Shown: positions 26,140 to 41,024 of the stretch, in pieces
Layout of the letters: each line of letters begins with the position of its first letter
How positions within the stretch are numbered: the first letter of the stretch is position 1
From: Eledone cirrhosa
Taxonomy: Eukaryota
Assembly: GCA_964016885.1 (NCBI GenBank)
Contig: OZ024763.1
Location: 12,090,001 to 12,154,000 of the forward strand
Direction: 5' to 3'
DNA length: 64,000 bases
Program-made: the position numbers and the translations under genes
The notes under the pieces: generated by a model
The model's database searches: none
The model's input: the letters and a program-made list of their open reading frames with translations, nothing else
What the model was told of the DNA's origin: nothing

Positions 26140-27170
26140 TGTATATATATATATGTGTGTGTATGTGTCTACATATATATATGTGTGTGTGTGTATGTGT
26201 CTACATATATATATATATGTGTGTGTATGTGTCTACATATATATATGTGTGTGTATGTGTCTACATATATATATGTGTGTGTGTGTGTATGTATCTACAT
26301 ATTTATATGTGTGTGTGTGTGTGTGTGTGTGTCTACATATATATATGTGTGTGTGTGTATGTGTCTACATATATATATGTGTGTGTGTATGTCTACATAT
26401 ATATGTGTGTGTGTGTGTATGTGTCTACATATATATATGTGTGTGTGTGTATGTGTCTACATATATATATGTGTATGTGTCTACATATATATATGTGTGT
26501 GTGTGTGTATGTGTCTACATATATATATGTGTGTGTGTGTGTATGTGTCTACATATATATGTGTGTGTGTGTATGTGTCTACATATATATATGTGTGTGT
26601 GTGTATGTGTCTACATATATATGTGTGTGTGTGTGTGTGTATGTGTCTACATATATATATGTGTGTGTGTATATATGCAATCTGGAAAGGTCAGTAGGTC
26701 AAAACATACACATGCACACATGCTCAATAATGTCCATATTTGTGTGTATATTTATGTGTGTGTGTATATATATATATATACGTATGTATGTGTCTTTACA
26801 TGAGTATATATATACATGTGTATATGTATGTATGTCTTTACATGGGTACATATAAATGTGTATATATGTATGTGTCTTTACATGAGTATATATAAATGTG
26901 TATATATATATGTCTTTACATGAGTATATATTCATGTGTATATATGTATGTGTCTTTACATGAGTATATATAAATGTGTATATATATATGTCTTTACATG
27001 AGTATATATTCATGTGTATATATATATATATGTCTTTACATGAGTATATATAAATGTATATATATGTGTCTTTACATGAGTATATATTCATGTGTATATA
27101 TATATATGTGTGTCTTTACATGAGTATATATAAATGTGTATATATATATATGTGTCTTTACATGAGTATA
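26140..27170. repeat. Compound microsatellite-derived minisatellites
   Basis: GTGTCTACATATA units followed by GTCTTTACATGAGTATATA units. Confidence 0.9.
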
Positions 27171-27925
27171 TATGCATGTGTATATATGTGTGTGTATGTT
27201 TACACGTGTGTATACCCCCATATGTTCATTAATCCCCATGTAAACACCCCACCTCCACCACCATCCCCACCCATTATTCATATCTTTATTTGACAAAAGA
27301 GAAAAACTGACTGATGGTGGTGGTGGTGGTGTTGTTTAATATTAGGAAGCATGTGTGGTGTGGTGGGGTGTGGTGGGGTGGTATGATGTCCTTTGATGGT
27401 AGGGAACATGTGTGGTGGTGGTGGTGGTGGTGGTGGTGGCAAGGGTGGTGTGGTTTCATGGTAGGGAGTATGTGTGGTGTGGTGTGGTGTGGTGTGGTGT
27501 GGTGTGGTGTATGGCTCTGTAGATGCCTGCTTTCCAAACATCAAGGAAGCACCATATCTCCTGTAGAACATATCTCCTCCTCCTTCTCCTCATTGCCCTT
27601 CACCCCTCCGCCCTTCACACATTGTCATTTCACCCCACCCCAGAAGCTGTCAACTCTGGTAAAAGTGGAAGCTGGAATCTGTTCTATTAGACTCAGTCAT
27701 AACATTAAGTGGTCTCTAATGTCACAGATAGCCTTATAGGTTATATGTGTATGTGGCTGTATGTGGCTGTATGTGGCTGTATGTGGCTGTATGTGGCTGT
27801 ATGTGTCTATATGTGGCTGTATATCTGTGTATGTGGCTGTATATCTGTGTATGTGTCTATATGTCTGTGTATGTGGCTGTATGTCTGTGTATGTGGCTGT
27901 ATGTATGTGGCTGTATGTGTGTATA

Positions 27926-28030
27926 CATCCTATAGAAGAGTTCCTACCAAGTCCTTTTCTACATATCAAGCATGGCCATTCCCCAGATGGGATCAGAGCC
28001 TTGCCCTCTTTCCTACTTACTAAAAGTTTG
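27926..28030 (-). mobile_element. Internal RTE LINE fragment
   Basis: KLLVSRKEGKALIPSGEWPCLICRKGLGRNS resembles the Cys-rich insert after the KTK motif in some RTE RTs. Confidence 0.6.
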
Positions 28031-28323
28031 CTTGTGTTTGTGTGTATATGTATATATATATAGGTATATATACACACACACACACACAAGCAAACTTTAT
28101 ATATATATATATATATATATACATATATATATAATTGTTTCTACTTTTGGCACAAGGCCAGCAATTACTCAGTGCATTACTGGTACTTTATTTATCGACC
28201 CCGTAAGGATGAAAGGCAAAGTTAACCTCGGCGGGATTTGAACTCAGATTGTTATATATATATAATAATATTATAATAAAATAACAGGAGGCTGGACTTG
28301 TGTAAATCCTTCAAAGGTTTATT

Positions 28324-28381
28324 ATACTATGATCATTTCAATGACCGGGTTCCGTATGAATCCGGTGATATCATCAGGTAT
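28324..28381 (-). ncRNA. Hammerhead-like fold, family P5 (U.U at the first stem II position)
   Basis: Reverse complement ATAC-CTGATGA-TATCACCGG..CCGGTCATT-GAAA-T GATC A-TA-GTAT then AATAAA. Confidence 0.7.
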
Positions 28382-28505
28382 TCGAAATATAATAAATGAA
28401 TATAACAGATAAAATCCATGGGGCTGAAAATCATAGACCCGAGGACGACCGACCATCTAGCATCTTCCACTTTAGCCGGTCGCCCTCATATATATATATA
28501 TATAA

Positions 28506-28713
28506 TCATTTTACGTCCGCTTTACCCTGCTTGCAAGGGTGGGACGGGAACTGATTCTGGCTTGATTTCTACAGCTGGATGCCCTTCCTAACACCAACCT
28601 CATTTACAGTGAGTGCTGGGTGCTTTTTTGCCGTGGCACCTCCACCACCACTTTGCAGTGGAATGATAGGGACCCCAGTCCCTATCATCTCATTTCTACA
28701 GCTGAGTAAACTG
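28506..28713 (-). mobile_element. 5'-truncated SINE family A
   Basis: Reverse complement of body and CCCACCCTTGCAAGCAGGG tail; single 49-bp unit. Confidence 0.88.
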
Positions 28714-28822
28714 TATATATATATATATATATAGGAACAAGTAGGACCCCGACGGCTGAGCTCAAGCCGTTTCGACGGCTAATTCTGGACTATATATATA
28801 AAGTTTGCTTGTGTGTATATAC

Positions 28823-28863
<41 letters not shown>

Positions 28864-28899
28864 TATATATATATATATATTATTAGTACAGGGCATTGT

Positions 28900-29083
28900 A
28901 TTGCCAGTATTGGTAGAGGGCCGGAAAGCCATGCTTTGCAGCATAGTTACGGCCCTTTATGGTTTGAGTTCAAATCCCGCTGAGGTTAACTTTGCCTTTC
29001 ATCCTTACGGGGTCAATAAAATAAAGTACCAGTAATGCACTGGGGAAATTGCTGGCCTTGTGCCAAAAGCAGAAACAATTATT
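28900..29083 (+). mobile_element. SINE family B
   Basis: B-box GAGTTCAAATCC and Meta-like body; partial inverted copy at 28133-28250. Confidence 0.85.
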
Positions 29084-29099
29084 ACTACAGATTAAAGTG

Positions 29100-29841
29100 A
29101 AGGTATTGTTCTTAAAATAAATATCAAAATCTCACAGATTCAATGTTATGTGAGTTATGTGAGGTAAAGACTTTACTGTGAAAATACAATAGTATATATA
29201 GAGTAATGTGAATATTATGTGAGATATTATGTGAGGTAAAGACTTTACTGTGAAAATACAATAGTATATATAGACTAATGTAAATGTTATGTGAGATATG
29301 TGAGGTAAAGACTTTACTGTGAAAATACAATAGTATATATAGACTAATGTAAATATTATGTGAGATATGTGAGGTAAAGACTTTACTGTGAAAATACAAT
29401 AGTATATATAGACTAATGTAAATGTTATGTGAGATATGTGAGGTAAAGACTTTACTGTGAAAATACAATAGTATATATAGACTAATGTAAATATTATGTG
29501 AGATATGTGAGGTAAAGACTTTACTGTGAAAATACAATAGTATATATAGACTAATGTAAATGTTATGTGAGATATGTGAGGTAAAGACTTTACTGTGAAA
29601 ATACAATAGTATATATAGAGTAATGTGAATATTATGTGAGGTAAAGACTTTACTGTGAAAATACAATAGTATATATAGACTAATGTAAATGTTATGTGAG
29701 ATATGTGAGGTAAAGACTTTACTGTGAAAATACAATAGTATATATAGACTAATGTAAATATTATGTGAGATATGTGAGGTAAAGACTTTACTGTGAAAAT
29801 ACAATAGTATATATAGACTAATGTGAATAGTAAAGGGTTAA
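29100..29841. repeat. 69-bp satellite (10 units) amplified inside a piggyBac-like MITE
   Basis: Unit GAGGTAAAGACTTTACTGTGAAAATACAATAGTATATATAGA.. is the reverse complement of 13155-13215; array ends in AAAGGGTTAA. Confidence 0.88.
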
Positions 29842-29963
29842 GGTTGTTCACCCTATTTTATAAACTAATTTATTGCATCTCTCTGCATGAGTACATCACT
29901 CTGTGTATTAACTTTATCCCTTCTATGCTTTGTAAAAATCCCACAGATCAGCTACATACATCG

Positions 29964-30002
<39 letters not shown>

Positions 30003-30024
30003 TATATATAAATATATATATATT

Positions 30025-30236
30025 CCTAACGATTGACTTTCGTCAAATAGGACCGAGGAAACAGTGTTTCCATTGGTCTTTCCAATTGCTAATACTATCT
30101 ATCGGTCGCAACTCCAGGTAGAAGGAGCAACGTGAAATAAAGCGTCTTGCTCAAGGACATAACGCATCGCCTGGTCCAGGAATCGAACTCACAACCTCAC
30201 GACTGCGAATCCAGTTCTCTAACCACTCAGCCACAC

Positions 30237-30240
<4 letters not shown>
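30025..30240 (-). mobile_element. tRNA-derived CORE-type SINE
   Basis: Reverse complement TGGCTGAGTGGTTAG A-box, GAGTTCGATTCC B-box, GTCCTTGAGCAAGAC core. Confidence 0.8.
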
Positions 30241-30282
<42 letters not shown>

Positions 30283-30779
30283 CACAAATATATATATATA
30301 TAGTCCTGTAGAATCTCATCTATATTAAAACTTTTATACTCTGCAATGTATTGAGTACCTTACTTACTGTGGTTACCTCCGATTCAACCCGGAATAACGT
30401 ATATATATATATATATAATGTATGTGTGTGTTTCTATATATATATGTCTGTGTCTGCGTGATTGTGTGTGTGTTTCTATGTGTGTTTGTTTGTAGCCAAC
30501 TGACTTGTCTAACCCCAGAACGTGACAACATAGCTAACCCATGCAAGCATAAAATAGATGTAAAACATAATGATAATGATGATGATGATGATGTAGGCAC
30601 ATGAAAATGATGATAATGATTAAAAGTGTCTGGCCAGTGACCTACAGTGAAGATGATGATGATGATGGCAACAACAACAACAACAATAATAAATATGTAT
30701 ATTAATTACTTAATATTGCTAGTATTTCTGACTGTGTGGAGGTATTAACTGAATTAGAGAGATTAGGATGGCTTAAATC

Positions 30780-32113
30780 ACCATATCATTGGTGTATTGC
30801 CATACATATATACACATATACACACATATACACATATATACACATATACACCATATCATTGGTGTATTGCCATACACATATACACATATACACACATATA
30901 CACATATATACACATATACACACATATACACATATATACACATATACACCATATCATTGGTGTATTGCCATACACATATATACACATATACACATATACA
31001 CCATATCATTGGTGTATTGCCATACACATATATACACATATACACATATACACCATATCATTGGTGTATTGCCATACATATATACACATATACACACATA
31101 TACACATATATACACATATACACACATATACACATATATACACATATACACCATATCATTGGTGTATTGCCATACACATATATACACATATACACATATA
31201 CACCATATCATTGGTGTATTGCCATACACATATATACACATATACACATATACACCATATCATTGGTGTATTGCCATACATATATACACATATACACACA
31301 TATACACATATATACACATATACACCATATCATTGGTGTATTGCCATACATATATACACATATACACACATATACACATATATACACATATACACCATAT
31401 CATTGGTGTATTGCCATACACATATATACACATATACACATATACACCATATCATTGGTGTATTGCCATACACATATATACATATATACACATATACACA
31501 CATATACACATATATACACATATACACCATATCATTGGTGTATTGCCATACACATATATACATATATACACATATACACACATATACACATATATACACA
31601 TATACACCATATCATTGGTGTATTGCCATACACACATATACACATATACACCATATCATTGGTGTATTGCCATACACATATATACACATATACACATATA
31701 CACCATATCATTGGTGTATTGCCATACACATATATACACATATACACCATATCATTGGTGTATTGTCATACACACATATACACATATACACCATATCATT
31801 GGTGTATTGCCATACACATATATACACATATACACCATATCATTGGTGTATTGCCATACACACATATACACATATACACCATATCATTGGTGTATTGCCA
31901 TACACACATATACACATATACACAATATCATTGGTGTATTGCCATACACACATATACACATATACACCATATCATTGGTTTATTGCCACACACATATATA
32001 CACATATACACATATACACATATACACCATATCATTGATGTATTGCCATACACATATATACACATATACACAATATCATTGGGTTCCTGCCATACACACA
32101 CACACACTCCCAC

Positions 32114-32144
<31 letters not shown>

Positions 32145-32195
32145 CCCACATATATATATATATATACACACACAATATCATTGGGTTTCTGTCAT
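30780..32195. repeat. About 24 copies of ACCATATCATTGGTGTATTGCCATAC separated by variable (CA/TA)n
   Basis: Conserved 26-nt unit with period about 44-100 bp. Confidence 0.92.
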
Positions 32196-32220
32196 TCACA
32201 CAAACTCACACACACACACA

Positions 32221-32280
<60 letters not shown>

Positions 32281-32489
32281 CACACACATACACACATATA
32301 TATATAGTATGAGTAGAAATCCACTCACTCAGACACAGCCTTATTTCTATAGAATTATTTCTATAGAATTATTTCTATTTAATTCCACCATAGAGAGGGG
32401 ATACAGTTTCTCCCTCTCTCACATGTCAAAACATACAGAACTACATATAGACATGAATATAGTACATATAGTGTTAGGGTTGGTAATCC

Positions 32490-33415
32490 AGAGTTGGGTT
32501 AAAGTGGTGTTAGCCCAGTGTTAGGTTAAAGTGTTGTTAGCCCAGAGTTAGGTTAAAGTGTTGTTAGCCCAGAGTTAGGTTAAAGTGTTGTTAGCTCAGT
32601 GTTGGGTTAAAGTGTCGTTAGCCCAGTGTTGGGTTAAAGTGTTGTTAGCCCAGTGTTGGGTTAAAGTATTGTTAGCCCAGAGTTAGGTTAAAGTGTTGTT
32701 AGCCCAGTGTTGGGTTAAAGTGGTGTTAGCCCAGTGTTGGGTTAAAGTGTTGTTAGCCCAGTGTTGGGTTAAAGTATTGTTAGCTCAGTGTTAGATTAAA
32801 GTGTTGTTAGCTCAGCGTTGGGTTAAAGTGTTGTTAGCCCAGTGTTGGGTTAAAGTGTTGTTAGCCCAGTGTTGGGTTAAAGTGTTGTTAGCTCAGCGTT
32901 GGGTTAAAGTGTTGTTAGCCCAGTGTTAGATTAAAGTGTTGTTAGCCCAGCGTTGGGTTAAAGTATTGTTAGCTCAGTGTATGGTTATAGTGTTGTTAGC
33001 CCAGTGTTGGGTTAAAGTATTGTTAGCTTAGTACTGGGTTATGGTGTTGTTAACCCAGTGTTAGATTTGTTAGCCCAGTGTTAGGTTAAAGTGTTGTTAG
33101 CCCAGCGTTGGGTTAAAGTTTGGTCCATAAAGTGTTGGGTTAAAGAGTCGTTAGCCCAGTGTTGGATTAAAGTATTGTTAGCTCAGTGTTAGATTATAGT
33201 GTTGTTAGCCCAGTGTTGGGTGAAAGTGTTCTTAGCCCAGTGTTGAGTCAAGGTGTTGCTAGTTTCGTACTGGGTCAATGTGTGCGCTAGCTTCGTACTG
33301 GGTCAAGGTGTTGTTAGCTTGGTACTGGGTCAAGGTCTTGCTAGCTTGGTACTGGATCAAGGTGTTGCTAGCTTGGTACTGGGTCAAGGTGTTGTTAGCC
33401 CAGTGTTGGGTTAAA
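32490..33415. repeat. 27-bp minisatellite GTTGGGTTAAAGTGTTGTTAGCCCAGT
   Basis: About 34 diverged units, with a variant block at the right end. Confidence 0.9.
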
Positions 33416-35050
33416 ACCCTGTTCTATCTCCACATCCAACCATATCACTTCAGCTATAAACCTGGACACACCCACCTGTATGGGGGAGGGGATAACTAAT
33501 TACTGGGCCTTGACCAACCACTTCTTATTCATGCTAGTCACCATTGTGACCACTGATGTGTCTTTAGCCTCTGCACTACCTTGAAGGGCCCCTGTGAGGT
33601 GGTATGGCTGATGCAGTAGTTGTGACACTGCCTTGACTGGGGTTTAGAGTCTGCTGTCCCACCCCGCTCTTGCCTCACTGATGTGGTTCTTTGGTAATGT
33701 TTTAGATGACATTACTGCCACAACCTAGGGTAGCAGTGTTTCAATGTGAGGTGACTGTGGGTAGCTGTGAGTGATGGGTTGTCGTGGCTGGGGGGGGGGG
33801 GGGTAGCTGTGGGCGAGTTACGGTGGTTTGGGTAGCTGTGGGTAATGGGTTGTCTTGTCTGTGGGTAGCTGTAGGTGATGGGTTGTGGCAGCTGAGGGTG
33901 GGTTGTGGTGGCTGTGGGTTGTTTGTGGAGCTAGGGTGGCACTGTCTGACTACAGGTGGTGGTGTGAATTGCAGTTGGTGTATGGTGGTGATGGGGTGGC
34001 TCTACTGTTGTGATAAGGTGAGGATGATAATGATGATGGTGGTGGTGGTGGTGGTAATGATGATGATGGTTGTGGTGGTGGTAATGATGATGATGATGAT
34101 ACTGGAGAACATCCAGATGAATGCCAACTCTGGCACGACCTTAATGGAACTGTGTGTGTGTGCGCGCGTGTGTGTGTGTCTATGTTTGTGTATGTGTGTA
34201 TGTATGTGTGTGTGTGTGTCTGTGTGTGTATGTTTGTGTGTGTGTGTTTGTGTGTGTGTATGTTTGTGTGTGTGTGTGTGTACACAAGATACCATCGTAC
34301 CAGAAAAACAGATGACACTGCTTCGAATGAATATTCACCATCACCATCACCACCACCATCACCACTAGCATCATCATCAGCACTACTACCATCAACATCA
34401 CTACCACCATCACCACTACCACCACCACACCTGTACCACCACCACTACCACTCACCACCACACCTGTACCACCACCACTACCACCACCACCACCTGTACC
34501 ACCACCACCTGTACCACCACCTGTACCACCACACCTGTACCACCACACCTGTACCACCACCACCACCTGTACCACCACCACCTGTACCACCACACCTGTA
34601 CCACCACTACCACCACCACCTGTACCACCACAACCCACTACCACCTGTACCACCACCACCACCTGTACCACCACTACCACCACCTGTACCACTACCACCA
34701 CCTGTACCACCACACCTGTACCACCACCACTACCACCACCACACCTGTACCACCACCACCACCACCAGGTACAGCACTCATGTCTTTGTCTGTGTGTACT
34801 CTCCGCCCTCTCATTCTCTGTTCACCAGCATGTGTGTACATATATATGTGTGTGTGTGTGTGTACACACATACATTATTTATACACACACACACACACAC
34901 ACACACATACAGAGCAACACACATACATTATTTATACACACACACACAGCAACACACACACACACACACAGAGCAACACACACACATATATACCACTTCC
35001 AACAGGCGTGAACCTAATATAACTGTAAAAACTGACTCCTGTGTTTTGTT

Positions 35051-35109
<59 letters not shown>

Positions 35110-35151
35110 GTATATATGTATATGTATATATATGTATATATATGTATATAC

Positions 35152-35472
<321 letters not shown>

Positions 35473-35657
35473 TACATATATACATATACACATATATACA
35501 TATACATATACATATATACATATACATATACATATATACATATACATATACATATATACATATACATATATACATATACATATACATATATACATATACA
35601 TATATACATATACATATATACATATATACATATACATATATACATATACATATATAC

Positions 35658-35710
<53 letters not shown>

Positions 35711-35720
35711 CATATATATG

Positions 35721-35907
<187 letters not shown>

Positions 35908-35911
35908 GTAT

Positions 35912-36335
35912 ATGTAGGGGCTCCCAAAGGAGCACTGAGTGCAATGTCAACTCTGGATGTCGGTGAGCATGTCCAGCCAACCTCAGTCTTCTCTGTGTCA
36001 CTTTTGAGCTGACTTTTGGGATGCTCCCATACAGCTCTGAGTTTTTCATCCTCAGTGTATACTGATTAATGTTCAGAGCCATCCTCAGCATTCTCCTGTA
36101 GCACCCATCCACCATCTGAGTGAGTCTCTTGGTCAGTGTCCAAGTCTCAGGACACTGACCAAGAGACATGGACACACTAGAAGAGGAAGACCAAGGTTAA
36201 CATATGTTGATGCCCTAAGGACAGACACTGGTCTGTTGGAGATGCAGGATATGGCAGCGATAATGAGGGACAGAGACCGCTGGAGAGAACTCGTCCATGG
36301 ATCTCGGGAATTTTACCCGCCTTAGATAGATAGAT
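35912..36335. mobile_element. RTE-clade LINE (second family) 3' fragment with 5' inversion
   Basis: Minus 36150-35912 encodes [26 protein letters not shown]; plus 36167-36325 continues [17 protein letters not shown]..; (TAGA)n tail. Confidence 0.9.
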
Positions 36336-36344
36336 ATGTATATG

Positions 36345-36571
<227 letters not shown>

Positions 36572-36577
36572 GTATAT

Positions 36578-36807
<230 letters not shown>

Positions 36808-36893
36808 GTATATATATGTATATATATATATGTATATATATATGTATATATGTATATATATATGTATATATATATACATATATATATATATAC

Positions 36894-36989
<96 letters not shown>

Positions 36990-37119
36990 GTATATATATA
37001 TATATATATACACTCACACATATACACACGCATACAGAGCCACACACACACACCTGTGTTCTTCCGGCTGGAAACACTGCTAGCTTCCAACATTGTAAGA
37101 TGACATCATTGCTCTGGTG

Positions 37120-38280
37120 CAGCAGCAGCAGAAGCAGCAGTCTGTAGCGCCACCACCAACAGCAGCAGTCTGTGTAGCGCCAACAGCAGCAGCAGCAGTC
37201 TGTGTAGCGCCACCACCACCAACAGCAGCAGTCTGTGTAGCGCCACCACCACCAACAGCAGCAGTCTGTGTAGCGCCACCACCACCAACAGCAGCAGTCT
37301 GTGTAGCGCCACCACCAACAGCAGCAGTCTGTGTAGCGCCAACAGCAGCAGCAGCAGTCTGTGTAGCGCCACCACCAACAACAGCAGCAGTCTGTGTAGC
37401 GCCACCACCAACAGCAGCAGTCTGTGTAGCGCCACCACCAACAACAGCAACAGTCTGTGTAGCGCCACCACCACCAACAGCAGCAGTCTGTGTAGCGCCA
37501 CCACCAACAACAGCAACAGTCTGTGTAGCGCCACCACCACCAACAGCAGCAGTCTGTGTAGCGCCACCACCAACAGCAGCAGTCTGTGTAGCGCCACCAC
37601 CAACAGCAGCAGTCTGTGTAGCGCCACCACCACCAACAGCAGCAGTCTGTGTAGCGCCACCACCACCAACAGCAGCAGTCTGTGTAGCGCCACCACCAAC
37701 AACAGCAGCAGTCTGTGTAGCGCCACCACCAACAGCAGCAGCAGTTTGGTTGTGTAGCACCAAAAACAGTAACAGCAGCACCACCACCAGCAGCTGTTTA
37801 TATATATAACAGCACCACCACCACCAGCAGCAGCAGTGTAGCTATATAACAACAGCACCACCACCACCACCAGCAGCAGTGTAGCTATATAACAACAGCA
37901 CCACCACCACCACCAGTGTAGCTATATAACAACAGCAACACCACCATCATCAGCAGTGTAGCTATATAACAGCACCACCAACAGCAGTAGTGTAGCTATA
38001 TAACAACAGCACCACCACCACCACCAGTGTAGCTATATAACAACACCATCAACAGCAGCACTTTATATATATATATAACAGCAGCAACGGCAGCAGTGTA
38101 GCTATATAACAGCACCACCAACAGCAGCAGTGTAGCTATATAACAACAGCACCACCACCACCACCATCAGCTGTGTAGCTATATAACAACAGCACCACCA
38201 CCATCAGCTGTGTAACTATATAACAACACCATCAACAGCAGCAACGGCAGCACCAACAGCAGCTGTATAACAACAGCAGC
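37120..38280. repeat. CAG/CAC-rich minisatellites (27-33 bp GCAGTCTGTGTAGCGCCACCACCAACA units, then GTGTAGCTATATAAC units)
   Basis: Direct inspection. Confidence 0.9.
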
Positions 38281-38476
38281 ACCATTACTCTGTGGTATAA
38301 GCAGCAGCTGTCTAGCTGTAGATTTTTCTACTGGACTCTGTAGAATTGGAGAAAAGAAGTTTCTCTTAATTTATTCTGATGCCAGCTAACCCCCACGTGT
38401 CTGTGTGTGTATATATGTGTGTGTGTATATATATGTGTGTGTGTGTGTGTGTATACTCACACAACGATTTAAGTTT

Positions 38477-38542
<66 letters not shown>

Positions 38543-38547
<5 letters not shown>

Positions 38548-38700
38548 AAAAGGTAAACAGAAATAACAACACAATCTGTACAGTATATGGAAGGTATATA
38601 TTAGGTTAACGCTTGAAATAGCAGGAAGAGGGTCATAACGTTTCGGACGCTAGTCCTTCATCAGAAGAAAGAATGAGAAATAAAATAGACTAAGGTGGCG
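38543..38700 (-). mobile_element. Penelope-like pLTR, family P4, with ultra-minimal hammerhead-like core 38633-38668
   Basis: Reverse complement TCTT-CTGATGA-A-GGAC TAGC GTCC-GAAACGTT; copies at 39870-40040 (core mutated) and 45128-45236 (shows AAGA completing stem I). Confidence 0.62.
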
Positions 38701-39016
38701 GGCGGGATGGAATTTGGAAAAAATGCTTTTAGATAAAAACAACAGGTCCATTCATGTTGACATCTCTTGCAAAACTGTTGGTGCTGGCGTTTTGTGTATG
38801 ATTTGTTTTTTTAGAAAAGTGGATGATGGAACGCGTCTGTCTGAAATGGAAATAAAAATCGTTTTGTAAAAAGTGCTATACTTGAGCACGTGCGTAAGCA
38901 TGAATCGCGGATTACAGCTGACGAAGGATTCTTTCTTCTTTTCTCCTCTTGTTCTGTCCAAACAACCATCCTAAACCTTGTTTTTAGTAACCACAGAACT
39001 CCTTTCGTTTCTTATC

Positions 39017-39084
<68 letters not shown>

Positions 39085-39315
39085 CACCCTCTCTCGGCTA
39101 GCCTCTCACTCACTCTCTGCTACTCACCCTATCTCTCACTGCCTCCATCGTCCCACACCGTGCGTAATTCTTTCCTCGCTTACTTTCGCATGGTTAAGAT
39201 GTGTCTCTCGTCTTCACGTCACTGACTTGATTTTCTCATTTTTTCCTCTCTTTACGTTGCCTCACCACTCATGTTTATTTACTGTGGTTACCTCCGATTC
39301 AACCCGGAATAACGT

Positions 39316-39367
<52 letters not shown>

Positions 39368-39369
<2 letters not shown>

Positions 39370-39853
39370 CTAGAGCGGGTAAAATTCCCGAGATCATGGA
39401 CGAGTTCTCTCCAGCGGTCTCTGTCCCTCATTATCGCTGCCATGTCCTGCGTCTCCAACAGACCAGTGTCTGTCCTTAGGGCATCAACATACGTTAACCT
39501 TGGTCTTCCTCTTCCAGTGTGTCCATGTAGGGTCTCCCACAGGAGCACTGAGTGCAATGTCAACTCTGGATGTCGGTGAGCATGTCCAGCTAACCTCAGT
39601 CTCCTCTGTGTCACTTTTGAGCTGACGTTTGGGAGGCTCCCATACAGCTCTTAGTTTCTCATCCTCAGTGTATACTGATTAATGTTGAGAGCCATCCTCA
39701 ACATTCTCGTGTAGCACCCATCCACCATCTGAGTGAGTTTCTTGGTCAGTGTCCAAGTCTCAGACCCATACAGCAGCACAGACTCCACTACAGCAATGAA
39801 GAGGCGGATTTTCAGGTCTTTACGAAGGTCCGACTTCCACACTGATCTCAAGC
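39368..39853 (-). mobile_element. 5'-truncated RTE-clade LINE (second family)
   Basis: [58 protein letters not shown] with one in-frame stop; flanked by (TA)n. Confidence 0.92.
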
Positions 39854-40045
39854 TATATATATATATGTATGTAAAAGGTAAACAGAAATAACAACGCAAT
39901 CGGTACAGTATATGGAAGGTATATATTAGGTTAACGCTTGATATAGCAGGAAAAGGGCCGTAACGTTTCGGACGCTAGTCCTTCATTAGAAGAAGGAATG
40001 AAAAATAAAATAGATTGAGGGGATGGAATTGGAAAAAATGTCTTT

Positions 40046-40109
<64 letters not shown>

Positions 40110-40270
40110 TTATTTATTTATTTATTTATTTTAATAATGAATAAACAAAGAAACAGTTCCTTATATTAAAAAATTCATCATTTTACGATCCTTTCTAGGA
40201 TATATATGTTTGTGTTGGTATATATTTATTTATATATATATTTATTTATTTATTTATTTATATATATATA

Positions 40271-40313
<43 letters not shown>

Positions 40314-40372
40314 TATAGATAGAGAGAGATGTTTATATGTATAAGATGGAGATGTGTGTGTTTGTACGTATA

Positions 40373-40473
40373 CAGGGTGTCCCAAGAAAGTATACACACT
40401 TCGGCAGCATTCTAATGAATATTGCCTGTACAGATAATCAAAGTGCGTGTATACATTTCTTGGGGCCAGTCTG
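40373..40473. mobile_element. Tc1/mariner-like MITE
   Basis: TA-CAGGGTGTCCCAAGAAAGTATACA ... TGTATACATTTCTTGGGGCCAGTCTG-TA; relatives at 42890-43140. Confidence 0.72.
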
Positions 40474-40594
40474 TATATAGGTAAATATGTGTCTGTACGT
40501 CTAGGTAATATATAAGTGTATTTGAGTGTGTTTGAACGGATATATATATAGAGATAGATATGTAAGATCAAAAGATGGTTAAAAGAGTTCCAAG

Positions 40595-40665
40595 TATTTT
40601 ATTATGGGCATTTCAATAAGAAATATCATCATGAGATGACATCTGCGTTTTCATCAGATAAAATA
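40595..40665 (-). ncRNA. Hammerhead, family P6, diverged copy
   Basis: Same 8-bp stem I, CTGATGA, GAAA and AUA as 4145-4215; stem II partly disrupted. Confidence 0.65.
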
Positions 40666-40754
40666 GGGATACATGATATGAAGGTTAAAAAACACTTATA
40701 TATAGATATGTGTGTACATATATATATATATAGATATATATGTGTGTTGGTACG

Positions 40755-40791
<37 letters not shown>

Positions 40792-40875
40792 ACATATATA
40801 GAGAGAAATAGATATATGTGTTGGTACGTATATATATATATATATGTGTCTTTGATATATATGTATCTTTGTAGG

Positions 40876-40906
<31 letters not shown>

Positions 40907-40983
40907 TGTTTATATGTATAAAGAGCGTGAAACTAATAAACCTTTGTTTGTACTGCCTCTCTGTTTTGTTCCCGTTCCATTTT

Positions 40984-41024
<41 letters not shown>

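Noticed and set aside
30780-32195. CRISPR array
   Set aside because: Spacers are only (CA/TA)n of variable length, not unique sequences
33576-33724. Minus-strand coding exon after CCCTAG acceptor
   Set aside because: All three frames hit stops and the donor is weak
37080-37870. Antifreeze-, mucin- or extensin-like repeat protein
   Set aside because: Open in several frames on both strands because units are multiples of 3; no signal peptide or unique domain
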